Shown here: positions 1-9,489 of the stretch, one piece after another
How positions within the stretch are numbered: the first letter of the stretch is position 1
How the letters are laid out: the number at the start of each line of letters is the position of its first letter
Assembly: GCA_963704165.1 (NCBI GenBank)
Contig: CAVPHD010000006.1
Coordinates: forward strand, 134,911 to 198,910
DNA: 64,000 nucleotides
Direction of reading: 5' to 3'
Origin: an uncultured delta proteobacterium
GTDB taxonomy: Bacteria > Myxococcota_A > UBA9160 > SZUA-336
The notes under the pieces: generated by a model
Databases searched by the model: none
Seen by the model: the letters and a program-made list of their open reading frames with translations, nothing else
Told to the model about the DNA's origin: nothing
Made by a program: the position numbers and the translations under genes

Positions 1-301
1 GATTGATCGGGCCGATCTCGCTCATCTCCCAGAGTGGAAGCGAGCGCGCCTCGTCGTCGAAGAAGTACCGCAGGCCGTTCTTCGGGAAGTGACGGTCGTA
101 GAGGTAGCGCGAGAGCCCGAGGCGCTTCACCAGGTAGTGGCTGCCGATCTCGACGACCGATTCGCCGACCTTCCAGCTCGACTCGGTCGAGCTCTCGAAG
201 AGGCCGATACGAAGCCCGGGTGCCGTGCGCGAGAGCTGGCGCGCCAGCAGGTTTCCAGCCAGCCCTCCGCCGAGGATCGCGACGTCGAGATCCGCGCTCA
301 T
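1..301 (-). CDS. FAD-dependent oxidoreductase, flavin-dependent halogenase-like (N-terminal part, runs off the left edge, one frameshift)
   Basis: Manual translation: MSADLDVAILGGGLAGNLLARQL (GxGxxG), then after a frameshift WKVGESVVEIGSHYL...HFPKNGLRYFF. ATG at 301 overlaps the fabG stop (ATGA). Not in the ORF track. Confidence 0.75.
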   Translation of the reverse strand, partial: MSADLDVAILGGGLAGNLLARQLSRTAPGLRIGLFESSTESSWKVGESVVEIGSHYLVKRLGLSRYLYDRHFPKNGLRYFFDDEARSLPLWEMSEIGPIN

Positions 302-1026
302 AGCATGCCCCCGTTCACCGAGATGACCTGGCCCGTGATGTAGCCCGCACCGTCGCTGAACAGATACACGACGAGCGACGCGACCTCATCCGGCCGGCCG
401 AGCCGCTGCATCGGCACGAGCTTCGAGAGCTCGGCCACCGGCGCGCCCGCGAGCATCTCCGTATCGACCAAGCCCGGCGCGACGCAGTTCACCGTGATCT
501 CGCGCTTGGCGAGCTCTTGCGCGAGCGATTTGGTCGCCCCGATCAAGCCCGCCTTCGAGGCCGCGTAGTTGACCTGGCCGCGATTCCCGGCGAGACCGGC
601 GATCGACGAGATCGCGACGATCCGGCCACCCTCGTGCATCCGCACGAGCGGCATCACGAGCGGCCGGAGCACGTTGTAGAAGCCGTCGAGATTCGTGCGC
701 AGAACCCGATCCCACGCTTCCCCGGACATCGCGGGGAAGGCCGCATCGGAGTGGATTCCGGCCGCCAGCACCACGCCCCAGCACGCGCCGTGCGCGCGGA
801 CGTCCGACTCGAGCGCGCGCGCCGATTCCGCGCGGTCGGCCACGTCGAAGCGCAGCGGCACGGCTTTGCGCCCGAGCGCGCGCACCTCGAAAGCGAGCGA
901 CTCGGCATCGGCATCGCTCTCCCGGTAGCCGAGCGCGAGGTCGAAGCCGGCCCGACCGAGCCCGAGCGCGATCGCGCGGCCGATGCCGCGGCTCGCGCCG
1001 GTGACGAGAACGCGCCGGGCGCTCAT
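298..1026 (-). CDS. fabG: 3-oxoacyl-ACP reductase (ApeQ-like FabG)
   Basis: MSARRVLVTGASRGIG, GNRGQVNYAASK (YxxxK), GQVISVNGGM. Start ATG 1026 overlaps the upstream stop. Confidence 0.92.
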   Translation of the reverse strand: MSARRVLVTGASRGIGRAIALGLGRAGFDLALGYRESDADAESLAFEVRALGRKAVPLRFDVADRAESARALESDVRAHGACWGVVLAAGIHSDAAFPAMSGEAWDRVLRTNLDGFYNVLRPLVMPLVRMHEGGRIVAISSIAGLAGNRGQVNYAASKAGLIGATKSLAQELAKREITVNCVAPGLVDTEMLAGAPVAELSKLVPMQRLGRPDEVASLVVYLFSDGAGYITGQVISVNGGML

Positions 1027-1481
1027 CCGCGCGCACCGATCTGCGTCGCGAGCGCACCGGAGACGTAGACCGAGAGCGACCCGCTCGCGACGGAGTCCCG
1101 CCCCCGGCGCAGCGCACACGCGAACGTCGCGAGTGCGCCCGCGCTGCCCGTGAAGCGCGCTTCCACTTCGAGCGTCTCGCCCGGGTCGAAGTCGAAGCGC
1201 TCGAACTCGATGCGCTTCGCGCCGACGAGCATTCCCGGCGACGGATTCCGTCCCGAGGCGCGCGCGATCAGTCCACCGTGCGCGGCGATGCACTGCGCCA
1301 TCCACTCGAGGGCGAGCCAGCCCGGCAGCCTTCCCCGCGAATCACGGAAGAGCTCGCTCGCGTCGGTTTCGAGTTCGCAGACGGTGAGCTCCGGTTCGTG
1401 CGAGAGCACGCGCGAGAGCAGGAGCATCGGCTCCGCGTGTGGCAGCAGCTCGGCCAGCTCCGGAAACCCGGAAACGCTCAC
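1023..1481 (-). CDS. Hotdog-fold 3-hydroxyacyl-ACP dehydratase subunit (ApeP-like)
   Basis: ELLPHAEPMLLL...EWMAQCIAAHGG...GMLVG; position directly upstream of fabG as in APE clusters. Confidence 0.85.
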   Translation of the reverse strand: MSVSGFPELAELLPHAEPMLLLSRVLSHEPELTVCELETDASELFRDSRGRLPGWLALEWMAQCIAAHGGLIARASGRNPSPGMLVGAKRIEFERFDFDPGETLEVEARFTGSAGALATFACALRRGRDSVASGSLSVYVSGALATQIGARG

Positions 1482-2440
1482 CGCCGCGAGCTCCGGAGCG
1501 CAGACAGCCCGTCCGCGAAGAAGTCATAGAAATTGAACCACTGGTAGGGCGTCGCGAGAGCGTGCGCCTCGAGGCGCCGCACCCACTTCTCGACGACCTC
1601 GCCCGCGACTTTCTCTCGCTCTGCGCGCGGCACCGGCCCGCCCGCGAAGATCGGCTCGGTCACCGCGAAATAGCGCGCGTTGCCCGTCGCGGTACAGAGC
1701 GAGAGGAACATCGGCGCGCCGAGCACGACGCCGAGCAGGAAGACCGAGAGCGGAAACGCCGCGGGGCGACCGGCGAAGACCGTCTCGATCGGGCGTTCGC
1801 GTCCGCCGGGATGCACGCGATCGGCGAGGATGCCGACGAACTCCCCGCGCGCGAGACAGGCGCGGATCTCGAACGCGGTCTGCACGGAACCGGGATCGAG
1901 GCGGAGTACGCGAACGCCGCTCTCGCCCCCGAGTGACGCGAAGAACGCGGTCACCTGCTCCGAACGATCGGTGTACATCAGCACGTTCACGCGCAAGTCG
2001 TACTGCCGCGAGATCAACCGCAGCATGTCGAAGCTGCCGAGGTGCGCTCCGACGAGAATGCCGCCGCGCCCCTCCCGCGCGAGCGCGAGCAACGCTTCGC
2101 CACCGCGGTGGTCGATCGCGAACGCGTCGACCTCGCCCGCCCAGAGCACGATCCGGTCGCAGATGTTCTGCGCGAACGCGTGCATGTGATGCAGGACCGC
2201 CCGCGCGCCCGGGCGCTTCCCCAGCGTCTCGCGCCCTCCGGGCGAATTCCAGACCGCCTCCAACCACTCCCGCGAGACGCGTCGCTCGAGCGGAGACGTG
2301 AGGAAGAAGTACAAAGCGATCGGCCAGAGGATCGCGCGCACGCAGCGACGGCCGAGCGTGCGGTACAGGAAACGAGCGAAGCGCAGCGCCTGGACGGTGC
2401 CGCGCTCGATTCGCCGCGCCCAGGCGGAGGGCTCGGTCAA
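1478..2440 (-). CDS. LpxL/LPLAT-family acyltransferase (C-terminal half of ApeJ-like proteins)
   Basis: AHLGSFD, GEFVGILADR, PYQWFNFYDFF. Probable TTG start at 2440 overlapping the GT2 stop. Confidence 0.85.
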   Translation of the reverse strand: MTEPSAWARRIERGTVQALRFARFLYRTLGRRCVRAILWPIALYFFLTSPLERRVSREWLEAVWNSPGGRETLGKRPGARAVLHHMHAFAQNICDRIVLWAGEVDAFAIDHRGGEALLALAREGRGGILVGAHLGSFDMLRLISRQYDLRVNVLMYTDRSEQVTAFFASLGGESGVRVLRLDPGSVQTAFEIRACLARGEFVGILADRVHPGGRERPIETVFAGRPAAFPLSVFLLGVVLGAPMFLSLCTATGNARYFAVTEPIFAGGPVPRAEREKVAGEVVEKWVRRLEAHALATPYQWFNFYDFFADGLSALRSSRR

Positions 2441-3171
2441 CGCGGGCCTCGCCCGCGCAGCAGTCCGGGGGCCCGCGCGAGCATGCCCAGCCAGAGTCGC
2501 GCGTAGGTCGCGGCCATCGCGGGATAGTCGCGAACGATGTCGAAATGCGAGAGCCCGCCGCGCGGGTACAAGACGCGCACCGGCACGTTCGCGACCGGCG
2601 CCCCCGCCCAGACGCAGCGCACCGCGAACTCGGGATCGAACTCCATTCGCGGGCCGAGCGGAGCGGCGTCGAGCACACGCAGAGCGAGCGCGAGCGGCAC
2701 CCCGCGCATTCCGCAGAGCGGATCGTGGATGGCGAGCGAGAGCGTGGCGAGCCAGACCGCGGCGCGAGAGAGCTGACGCGCCCAGATCCGCGCGCGCGGC
2801 GCGCTCGCGTCGAAGACCGGAAGCCCGAGCACGATCGCCTCGGGATCCTTCTGCATCGCCTCGAGGAACGCGGGCACGGCGAGCGGATCGTGCTGCCCGT
2901 CGGCGTCCATCTGAAGCGCGTGCGAGAAGCCCTCGGCCGCCGCGAGCCGGTAGCCCGCCTCGAGCGCGACGCCCTTGCCCGAGTTCCGCGGCAGCCTGTG
3001 TACGCGAACGAACGGGAGATCGCGCTCGATCCGGGCGAGCGCCTCCTGGGTCGCAAGCCCGCTGCCGTCGTCGATCACAAAACACCGAAGTGCGTACGGT
3101 GCGAGCGACTCGAGCACGCCGCGCAGCGGTGCGCCGTGGTCGAAGCACGGAATCAGCAGGCAGGCCTTCAC
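2437..3171 (-). CDS. Glycosyltransferase family 2 (N-terminal half of ApeJ-like proteins)
   Basis: LLIPCFDH, VIDDGS, NSGKG, QMDADGQH. GTG start at 3171 overlaps the upstream stop. Confidence 0.9.
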   Translation of the reverse strand: MKACLLIPCFDHGAPLRGVLESLAPYALRCFVIDDGSGLATQEALARIERDLPFVRVHRLPRNSGKGVALEAGYRLAAAEGFSHALQMDADGQHDPLAVPAFLEAMQKDPEAIVLGLPVFDASAPRARIWARQLSRAAVWLATLSLAIHDPLCGMRGVPLALALRVLDAAPLGPRMEFDPEFAVRCVWAGAPVANVPVRVLYPRGGLSHFDIVRDYPAMAATYARLWLGMLARAPGLLRGRGPR

Positions 3172-5000
3172 GAAGCGGACTCGTCGTCGGTCGCGAGCTG
3201 CGCGCGGCCGGTGCAAAAGACGCGCCCCTCGCTGCCGAGCTCGAAGCGCAGCCGGTCGCGCGAAGCCGAGAGTTCGAGCGAGAGCCGGAAGCGCTGTCCG
3301 GGTGCGAGCACGTCGCGAAAGCGCAGGCCAAGGAGCGCGCGCACGCGCGGCATCTCGCCGATCAGCTCCGCGGCCGCGAGCATCACCCAGTGCAGCTGGA
3401 CCACGCCGGCGACGATCGGCTGGCCCGGGAAGTGGCCCTCGAGGAAAGCGAGGTCCGCGGGCACCCGAAGCTCGCGCGAGAGCGAATCGGCCGTGCGCTG
3501 CTCCGAGAGCACGATCGGCGCGAGCACCGGCGCGCGTTCGTTTCCAGGCTCGAGCTGCTCGAGCAGCTCGAGAAGCGAAGCGTGTGGAACCTTCCCCTGC
3601 CGGTCGCGCGGCAGATCGGGGACGTAGCGCCAGACGCGCGGCAGCAGCACCCGGTCCCAGTGGGAAGCCAGGTGCTCCGACAGCGCGGCCCCGAGCGCGC
3701 GTCGGCCCCGTGCCGAAAGGGCGGCGGCGCCCGCATCGGTGAGCGCGACGACCGCGCCCACGCGCGCGTCTCCGAGCAGCTCGAAGACCGCGAGCGCGGC
3801 GTCGGCCACGAACGGATGACCGAGCAGGGCACTCTCCATCTCGGGAAGCGCGAGCCGCTTCTCGCCGATCTTCGCGATCCGATCGGCGCGGCCGAGCAGC
3901 CGGAAGCGCCCGTCGCCGAGCAGCTCCGCGCGATCTCCCATCCGCGTTTGCACCACGTCGTCCCTCTCCGCCGACGCCAATCCGAGACTCGCGTACGGGG
4001 AGCGTACCACCAGTTGCCCCTCGTGCCCGGGATCGGAGGCGAGCTCGAGCTCCACATCCGGGAACGCACGGAACTCATCGTCGCGACTCGCGTTGCCCCG
4101 GGTACGCCAGGCGACTCCACCGGTCTCCGTCGAGCCGAAGATCTCGATCGGCGCGTGACCGAGCACGTCGGCGATCCCTCGCGCGACCGGCTCGTCGAGC
4201 GGCCCGCCCGAAGAGAAGATCACGCGCGCTGCGCGCCGCAGCCCCGGCAACTCGGCATCCGCGCGCATCCGCCGCAGATGCACGGGCGTGGTCGCGAGCG
4301 CGAATCCCGCGGTCTCGCGCATGCGCGGAAAGAGCTCCTCCGAGTGCAGGTACGTCTCGCTGCAGAACGGACGGCCCGCGGCGAGCGGCCAGAGCAGGCG
4401 GATCAGGAGTCCGTACAGGTGTTGATGGGAGACGGTTGCGAAGATCCGCGCACCGTCGCCGAATCTCGGACCGAACAGGTCTTCGAGTGCCGCGACCTCG
4501 CGATCGAGGTGGCGAAGCGCCTTCGGCACGGCCTTGCCGGGCCCGGTGCTCCCCGAGGTCGAGAGCTCGGCGATCGCGAGCTCGGGATCGAGCGAGCCGA
4601 AGCCCGCGCCGGGACGCGGCACGACGTCGAGAGGCGCGATGCGCGGCAGGCGCGAGAGCTCGGCCGTCGCGACGCTCGCATCGACCAGCGCGCCGTCCAC
4701 ACCCGCGGCGAGCGAAGCGAGCGTCCCGGGCTGGCGATTGGGCGCGAGCAGCGCCGTCGCGCCGCTTTGGGCCAGCGCGAAGAACGCCACCGCGAACGCG
4801 TAGCTGTCCTCGGTGTAGACGAGAAAGCGCGAGCCGCGGAGTTCGCGAAGCGCGTCGGCGACCGCGCGGACGCGGCCGGAGAAATCGGCGAAATCGCGCG
4901 TGCCATCGCGCGAGAACGCGACGATCGCGTCCGGCGCGCGGCCCACGCGCAAGAGCTCCGTGAGCGGCACGAAGTGCGGCGCGTCGGCTTCCGGCGGCAA
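3168..5000 (-). CDS. AMP-dependent acyl-ACP ligase fused to a FabZ-like dehydratase (ApeH-ApeI fusion)
   Basis: STSGSTGPGK, HQHLYGL, FGSTETGG, GRADRIAKIGEKR, then C-terminal FLEGHFPGQPIVAGVVQL hotdog motif. Confidence 0.88.
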   Translation of the reverse strand: MPPEADAPHFVPLTELLRVGRAPDAIVAFSRDGTRDFADFSGRVRAVADALRELRGSRFLVYTEDSYAFAVAFFALAQSGATALLAPNRQPGTLASLAAGVDGALVDASVATAELSRLPRIAPLDVVPRPGAGFGSLDPELAIAELSTSGSTGPGKAVPKALRHLDREVAALEDLFGPRFGDGARIFATVSHQHLYGLLIRLLWPLAAGRPFCSETYLHSEELFPRMRETAGFALATTPVHLRRMRADAELPGLRRAARVIFSSGGPLDEPVARGIADVLGHAPIEIFGSTETGGVAWRTRGNASRDDEFRAFPDVELELASDPGHEGQLVVRSPYASLGLASAERDDVVQTRMGDRAELLGDGRFRLLGRADRIAKIGEKRLALPEMESALLGHPFVADAALAVFELLGDARVGAVVALTDAGAAALSARGRRALGAALSEHLASHWDRVLLPRVWRYVPDLPRDRQGKVPHASLLELLEQLEPGNERAPVLAPIVLSEQRTADSLSRELRVPADLAFLEGHFPGQPIVAGVVQLHWVMLAAAELIGEMPRVRALLGLRFRDVLAPGQRFRLSLELSASRDRLRFELGSEGRVFCTGRAQLATDDESAS

Positions 5001-5011
5001 AGCTCGAAACC

Positions 5012-5280
5012 TCAGCCGGTCTTCTCGACCGCGTTCATCCGCGCGGAGATCACCGCCACGATCTGGTCCATCGACCGCATCCGCTCGATCTCGTCGTCGG
5101 TCAGCGCGAGCCCGAGCTCTTCCTCGACCCAGCCGGCGCAGCGGCGACGGCGTCGAGGCTGTCGAGGTCGAGATCCGCCTCGAGATCGGTCTGCATCGAG
5201 ACCGAATCGGCCTCGACGTCGAATTCGCGCACGAGGATTCCGACCACGCGAGAGAAGATCTCCGGGTTCGAAAGCGACAT
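5012..5280 (-). CDS. Acyl carrier protein 2 (ApeF-like), frameshifted
   Basis: MSLSNPEIFSRVVGILVREFDVEADSV...DLDLDSLDAV, continuing in another frame as WVEEELGLALTDDEIERMRSMDQIV. GGAGAGG RBS upstream. Missing from the ORF track. Confidence 0.85.
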
Positions 5281-5300
5281 CGCTGCCTCTCCTTGCGCGC

Positions 5301-5570
5301 TCAGGCGGCGCGCTGCGAGCTGACGAAATCCGCCAGGCTCTTCACCGAGGCGAAGATCCGGCGGTTCTCCTCGGGATCGTCCTCGATCTTGACCCCGTAC
5401 CGCTCTTCGAGCGCCATCGCGAGCTCGAGCGCATCGATCGAGTCGAGTCCGAGCCCCTCGACGAAGAGCGGCGCGTCGGTCTCGATCTCTTCCGGAGCGA
5501 TGTCCTCGAGCACGAGCGCCTCGACGATCAGCTTCTTCAGATCCGCCTCGAGTCCCTCACCTGGATTCAT
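5301..5570 (-). CDS. Acyl carrier protein 1 (ApeE-like)
   Basis: GLGLDSIDALELAMALEERYGV phosphopantetheine motif; acidic, 89 aa. Confidence 0.93.
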   Translation of the reverse strand: MNPGEGLEADLKKLIVEALVLEDIAPEEIETDAPLFVEGLGLDSIDALELAMALEERYGVKIEDDPEENRRIFASVKSLADFVSSQRAA

Positions 5571-6336
5571 CGAAACCCCCTTTCGCGAGCCGCGCGCGCA
5601 GCGCCGCCGTCAGCTTCCGCGCGGCCATCACGGACGACTCCGTACCGTCGAGGTACTCCTTCGCGACGATCGGATCCCCGACCCGGAAGGTCCAGCGGGG
5701 AGGCCGTGGGGGAACGTCATACCACTTCTGCCCCTTCATCAGCGAGGGCGGATCGACGTCGATCCGGACCGGGATCATGTCGAGGCCGCTCTCGAGCGCG
5801 ATGTGGGCCGCGCCACGGTAGAAGTGCCCGAGCCCACCCTCGGGCGAGCGCGTGCCCTCGGGAAAGATCAGCAGCGTCCGATCCGCTTCGAGGCAGCGGA
5901 CCGCCGAGCTCACGACGCCGGCACCCGCGTCGTTTCGGATGTACTCGGCCTCGCGAACGGCCCCGCGCAGCCAGAAATTCTCGGCGTAGTCTCGCCCGAC
6001 CACGCAGTCGGCTTGAGGCAGGTTGGAGACGATCAGCAGCGTGTCGATCAGCGACGGATGATTCGCGACGATGATCTTGCGTCCCGGTCGGGTCAGTCGC
6101 TCGAGACCGATCCAGCGCACCTCCGTCAGCCCGAGCCCGACCATGAGGCGGGCGTGGATGCGGTAGGCGCGGTGAATGGCCCGCTGCGCGCGCCGCCAAC
6201 GCTCCGGAGTGGATCGGTCCCAGAGCGTACGGAACGGCAGCCAGACCGCGCCGAGCCAGTAGCTGAACGACCCGAGCGCCGCGAACGCGATGCCGGTTCG
6301 CAGCGCTCGCCACGCCGTCGAGGTCCGCGTGGGCAT
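5557..6336 (-). CDS. Lysophospholipid acyltransferase (ApeD-like)
   Basis: ANHPSLID and IFPEGTRS motifs of the PlsC family. Confidence 0.9.
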   Translation of the reverse strand: MPTRTSTAWRALRTGIAFAALGSFSYWLGAVWLPFRTLWDRSTPERWRRAQRAIHRAYRIHARLMVGLGLTEVRWIGLERLTRPGRKIIVANHPSLIDTLLIVSNLPQADCVVGRDYAENFWLRGAVREAEYIRNDAGAGVVSSAVRCLEADRTLLIFPEGTRSPEGGLGHFYRGAAHIALESGLDMIPVRIDVDPPSLMKGQKWYDVPPRPPRWTFRVGDPIVAKEYLDGTESSVMAARKLTAALRARLAKGGFDESR

Positions 6337-6493
6337 CCGGTCTACGTGCCCCCCAAGTGTTCGTTTCCGCAGTCCGTCGACGAGTCTACCACCGGGTTTC
6401 GCGCGGTGTAAACGAGCGCCGCTCCACGAGAACCCGCCGACCGCCCGGATCGCAGGCTAGCGCGGGACGCGTGCTTTGTTTAGACCTGCGCGC

Positions 6494-7126
6494 ATGAGGG
6501 CGCTGCTTCTCTCGCTCCTCGCCGCTCTCGCACTCGGCGCCGAGACACCGACACCTGCGGGCGCGCTCACGCTCGACGAGATGCTCCGGCACATGGCGAC
6601 GACGCCCGGCGTCGTGGCCGAGTTCCGCGAGCTGAAGCGGCTCGCGCTGCTCGACGCCCCGATCGAGACGCGCGGCACGCTCTACTTCGCTCCGCCCGAC
6701 CGACTCGCGCGCGTGACCCGCACGCCCGCCGCGACGCGGCTCCTGCTCGTCGGCGACCGGATGCGTTTCGAGGACGAGACCGGCACGAGCGAGGTCGATC
6801 TCTCGGCCAATCCGGTCGCACGGCAGTTCGCACACAACCTGATCGTGCTCTGGCGCGGCGACCGACTCGCGCTCGAATCGCTCTACCGGCTCGTCTTCGA
6901 GGCGGACGGCGCGCGTTGGACGCTGGTCCTGTCGCCGAAGTCGGCACCGCTTCGCGACTTCGTCCGCTCGATCCGGATCGCGGGCGACGGAGCGGCGATC
7001 GTCGACATGGAGCTCGTCGAGACCGACGGCGACAGCACGCATACGCTCTTCGAGAAGAGCGACGTCCTGCACACCTTCGGCGCCGAGGAAGAACTCGCGA
7101 TCTTCGGGCCGCGGACGCAGCCTTGA
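6494..7126 (+). CDS. LolA-like outer-membrane lipoprotein carrier (ApeL-like)
   Basis: Signal peptide MRALLLSLLAALALGA; AEFRELKRLALLDAPIETRGTL, WTLVLSPK, ETDGDST pattern; directly upstream of MMPL. Confidence 0.8.
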   Translation: MRALLLSLLAALALGAETPTPAGALTLDEMLRHMATTPGVVAEFRELKRLALLDAPIETRGTLYFAPPDRLARVTRTPAATRLLLVGDRMRFEDETGTSEVDLSANPVARQFAHNLIVLWRGDRLALESLYRLVFEADGARWTLVLSPKSAPLRDFVRSIRIAGDGAAIVDMELVETDGDSTHTLFEKSDVLHTFGAEEELAIFGPRTQP

Positions 7127-9489
7127 GCCGGCGAGCGCGGCTCGCGGCTTGGGCCGTGCTCGGCGTCGCGCTCCTCGTCTACAGCGCGAGCCGGATCACC
7201 TTCGCGACCGACATCACCAACTTCATGCCCGACGGACGCGGCGCGGAGCTGGCGCAGATCTCGCGTGAACTGGTGCAGAGCGATCTCGCGCGCACGATGG
7301 TGCTGACGATCGGCGCGAACGTTCCCGCGAACGCGGTCGCGGCGGCGAAGCAGATGGCGGCGTCGCTTCGAACCCACCCCGAGGTCGCGTGGCTGCGCAC
7401 GGGTGTCGATTCGGAGCTGCAGGAACAGCTCTATCGGCTCTACTTCCCGCGCCGTTTCTACTTCGTCTCGGACGATCCCGAGCACGACCTATCGGCGCGG
7501 CTCTCGAACCCGGGGCTGCGCGCGGAAGCCGAGTCGCTGCGGCGAAGTCTCGCGCTGCCGATCTCGCCGCTGCTCGAGCGCATCGCGCCCGCGGACCCGC
7601 TGGGCGCATTCCGCCGGCTTCTGGAGCGCATGCAGTCGGGCGAGCCGCCGCTCGCGACCCGCGACGGCGTCTTCACCACGCGCGACGGCGCATTCGCGGT
7701 GATCCTGCTCGCCACCAAGCGATCGGCCTTCGACACGGTCGCGCAGGGGCCGCTGCTCGCGGCCATCCGCCGCGATTTCGAGGAGGCGCGCGCGCGCCTC
7801 GGTCCGGACCTGCTCCTCGAGCAGAGCGGCGCGAACCGCTTCGCACTCGACGCCGAGACGAAGCTGCGCGCGGACGCGTCGATGATCTCGCTGCTCTCGC
7901 TCGCCGGAGTGGCGCTGCTCTCGTGGCTGTTCTTCCGTTCGCTCCTCGCGCTGGGTCTCGCGCTCGCCCCGGTCGTGGTCGGACTCTCCATCGCGATGGC
8001 CGCGGGGCTCGCGATCTTCGGCCGCCTCGACGGCACCACGATCGGCTTCGGAGCGTCGCTGATCGGTGTCACGATCGACTACCCGATCCACTTCCTGATC
8101 CTGCGCGGTCTCTCGACGCACGCCGAATCCGCCCGGGCGCTGGCACGACGGCTCTCGGGATCGCTCTCGCTCGCGGCGCTGACCACGATCGCGAGCTTCG
8201 CCGGCCTCGCGATCACGTCGTTTCGCGGGTTCCGGGAGCTCGGAGTCTTCGCGGGACTCGGCGTCGCGGGCGCTCTCGCCGCATCGCTCTTCCTGCTGCC
8301 GGATCTCGTCCCGAACCGACGGTCGGTGCCGCCGGTATCGGCTCGGCTCGCGGAGAGCTTCCTGGTGTGGATCTCGCGGCTTCGAAGTCATCGCCGGGCG
8401 CTCGCGCTCGTGCCGTTCGCCGTGATCGCGCTCGGCGCGTACGCGCTGCCCGGGCTCTCGTGGAACGACGACCTCTCGAACCTCGGGCAGCCCGATCCCG
8501 AACTGCGCGCGGAGGAAGCGCGCGTGCGCGCGCGCGTCTCGAGCTTCGACGGCGGGCGTTTCGTGATCACGCTCGCCGACGCGGCCGACGTCGCGCTCGA
8601 GCGCAACGAGGTCGTCCACGCGCGGCTCGAGGCGCTCGTCGAGCGCGGCGACCTCGGCGGAATGCGCTCGCTTCACGATCTGCTCTGGTCGCCGGAGCTG
8701 CAGCGGCGGAACATTGAAGCGCTCCGATCGAGCCCCGACCTCGCGTCGCGAATCGAGACCGAGTTCCACCGCGCTGGATTCCGGTCGGGCACCTTCGCAG
8801 CCTTCGCACGGGAGCTCGACGCGGCGCCGGGGCCGCTCACCCTTTCGGAGCTGCGCGATTCGCCGCTCGGCCCGCTCGTCTCGACGCTCGTGCTCGATCT
8901 CGAGGGGCGGACGGCGGTGATCACCTACCTGCGCGACGTGCGCGATCCGGAGCGGATCCGCTCGGCGCTCGCCGGTCTTCCGGACGTGCACTTCTTCGAG
9001 CAGGGCACGTTCCTGAACCAGATCGCGGCCGAGTTCCGGACCCGCACGCTGCTGCAGATCGTGTTCGGAAGCGCCTGCGTGCTGCTGATCCTCTTCGCGC
9101 GCTACCGCGACTGGCGGCGGGCCTTCGCCGCCTTCCTACCGGCCCTGCTGACGGCCGTCCTGGTCTTGTCCGTGTTCGCGCTGACGGGCACGCAGACGAA
9201 CCTGCTCCACGCCGTGAGTCTGCTCATCGTGATGGGCATGGGCGTGGACTACGGGATCTTCGTCGTCGATGGCGGAACGCGGCGCGACGAGCTCGGCGCG
9301 ACGCTCGTCTCGTGTCTGGTCTGTTGCCTGACGACGCTGCTCGGATTCGGCGCGCTCGCGCTCTCGAGCCACCCGGCGCTGCGCGCGATCGGCCTGACGA
9401 CGGGATTCGGAATCGCTCTCTCCCTCCTGCTCGCACCGCTGTCGCTGCTCGCGCTCCGTGCGGATGTGGACGCGGTTCGCGATGCGTAG
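7123..9489 (+). CDS. MMPL/RND-family exporter (ApeM-like)
   Basis: Two TM bundles with GVTIDYPIH and GMGVDYGIF. TTG start overlaps the LolA-like stop. Confidence 0.88.
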   Translation: MSRRARLAAWAVLGVALLVYSASRITFATDITNFMPDGRGAELAQISRELVQSDLARTMVLTIGANVPANAVAAAKQMAASLRTHPEVAWLRTGVDSELQEQLYRLYFPRRFYFVSDDPEHDLSARLSNPGLRAEAESLRRSLALPISPLLERIAPADPLGAFRRLLERMQSGEPPLATRDGVFTTRDGAFAVILLATKRSAFDTVAQGPLLAAIRRDFEEARARLGPDLLLEQSGANRFALDAETKLRADASMISLLSLAGVALLSWLFFRSLLALGLALAPVVVGLSIAMAAGLAIFGRLDGTTIGFGASLIGVTIDYPIHFLILRGLSTHAESARALARRLSGSLSLAALTTIASFAGLAITSFRGFRELGVFAGLGVAGALAASLFLLPDLVPNRRSVPPVSARLAESFLVWISRLRSHRRALALVPFAVIALGAYALPGLSWNDDLSNLGQPDPELRAEEARVRARVSSFDGGRFVITLADAADVALERNEVVHARLEALVERGDLGGMRSLHDLLWSPELQRRNIEALRSSPDLASRIETEFHRAGFRSGTFAAFARELDAAPGPLTLSELRDSPLGPLVSTLVLDLEGRTAVITYLRDVRDPERIRSALAGLPDVHFFEQGTFLNQIAAEFRTRTLLQIVFGSACVLLILFARYRDWRRAFAAFLPALLTAVLVLSVFALTGTQTNLLHAVSLLIVMGMGVDYGIFVVDGGTRRDELGATLVSCLVCCLTTLLGFGALALSSHPALRAIGLTTGFGIALSLLLAPLSLLALRADVDAVRDA

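Noticed and set aside
2298..6074. 1258-aa plus-strand ORF and similar long ORFs (e.g. 48883-52188, most of 34241-37240, 11383-13650)
   Set aside because: Antisense or alternate-frame shadows of recognisable genes; Arg/Ala/Pro-rich with no motifs, as expected when stop codons are rare in high-GC DNA.
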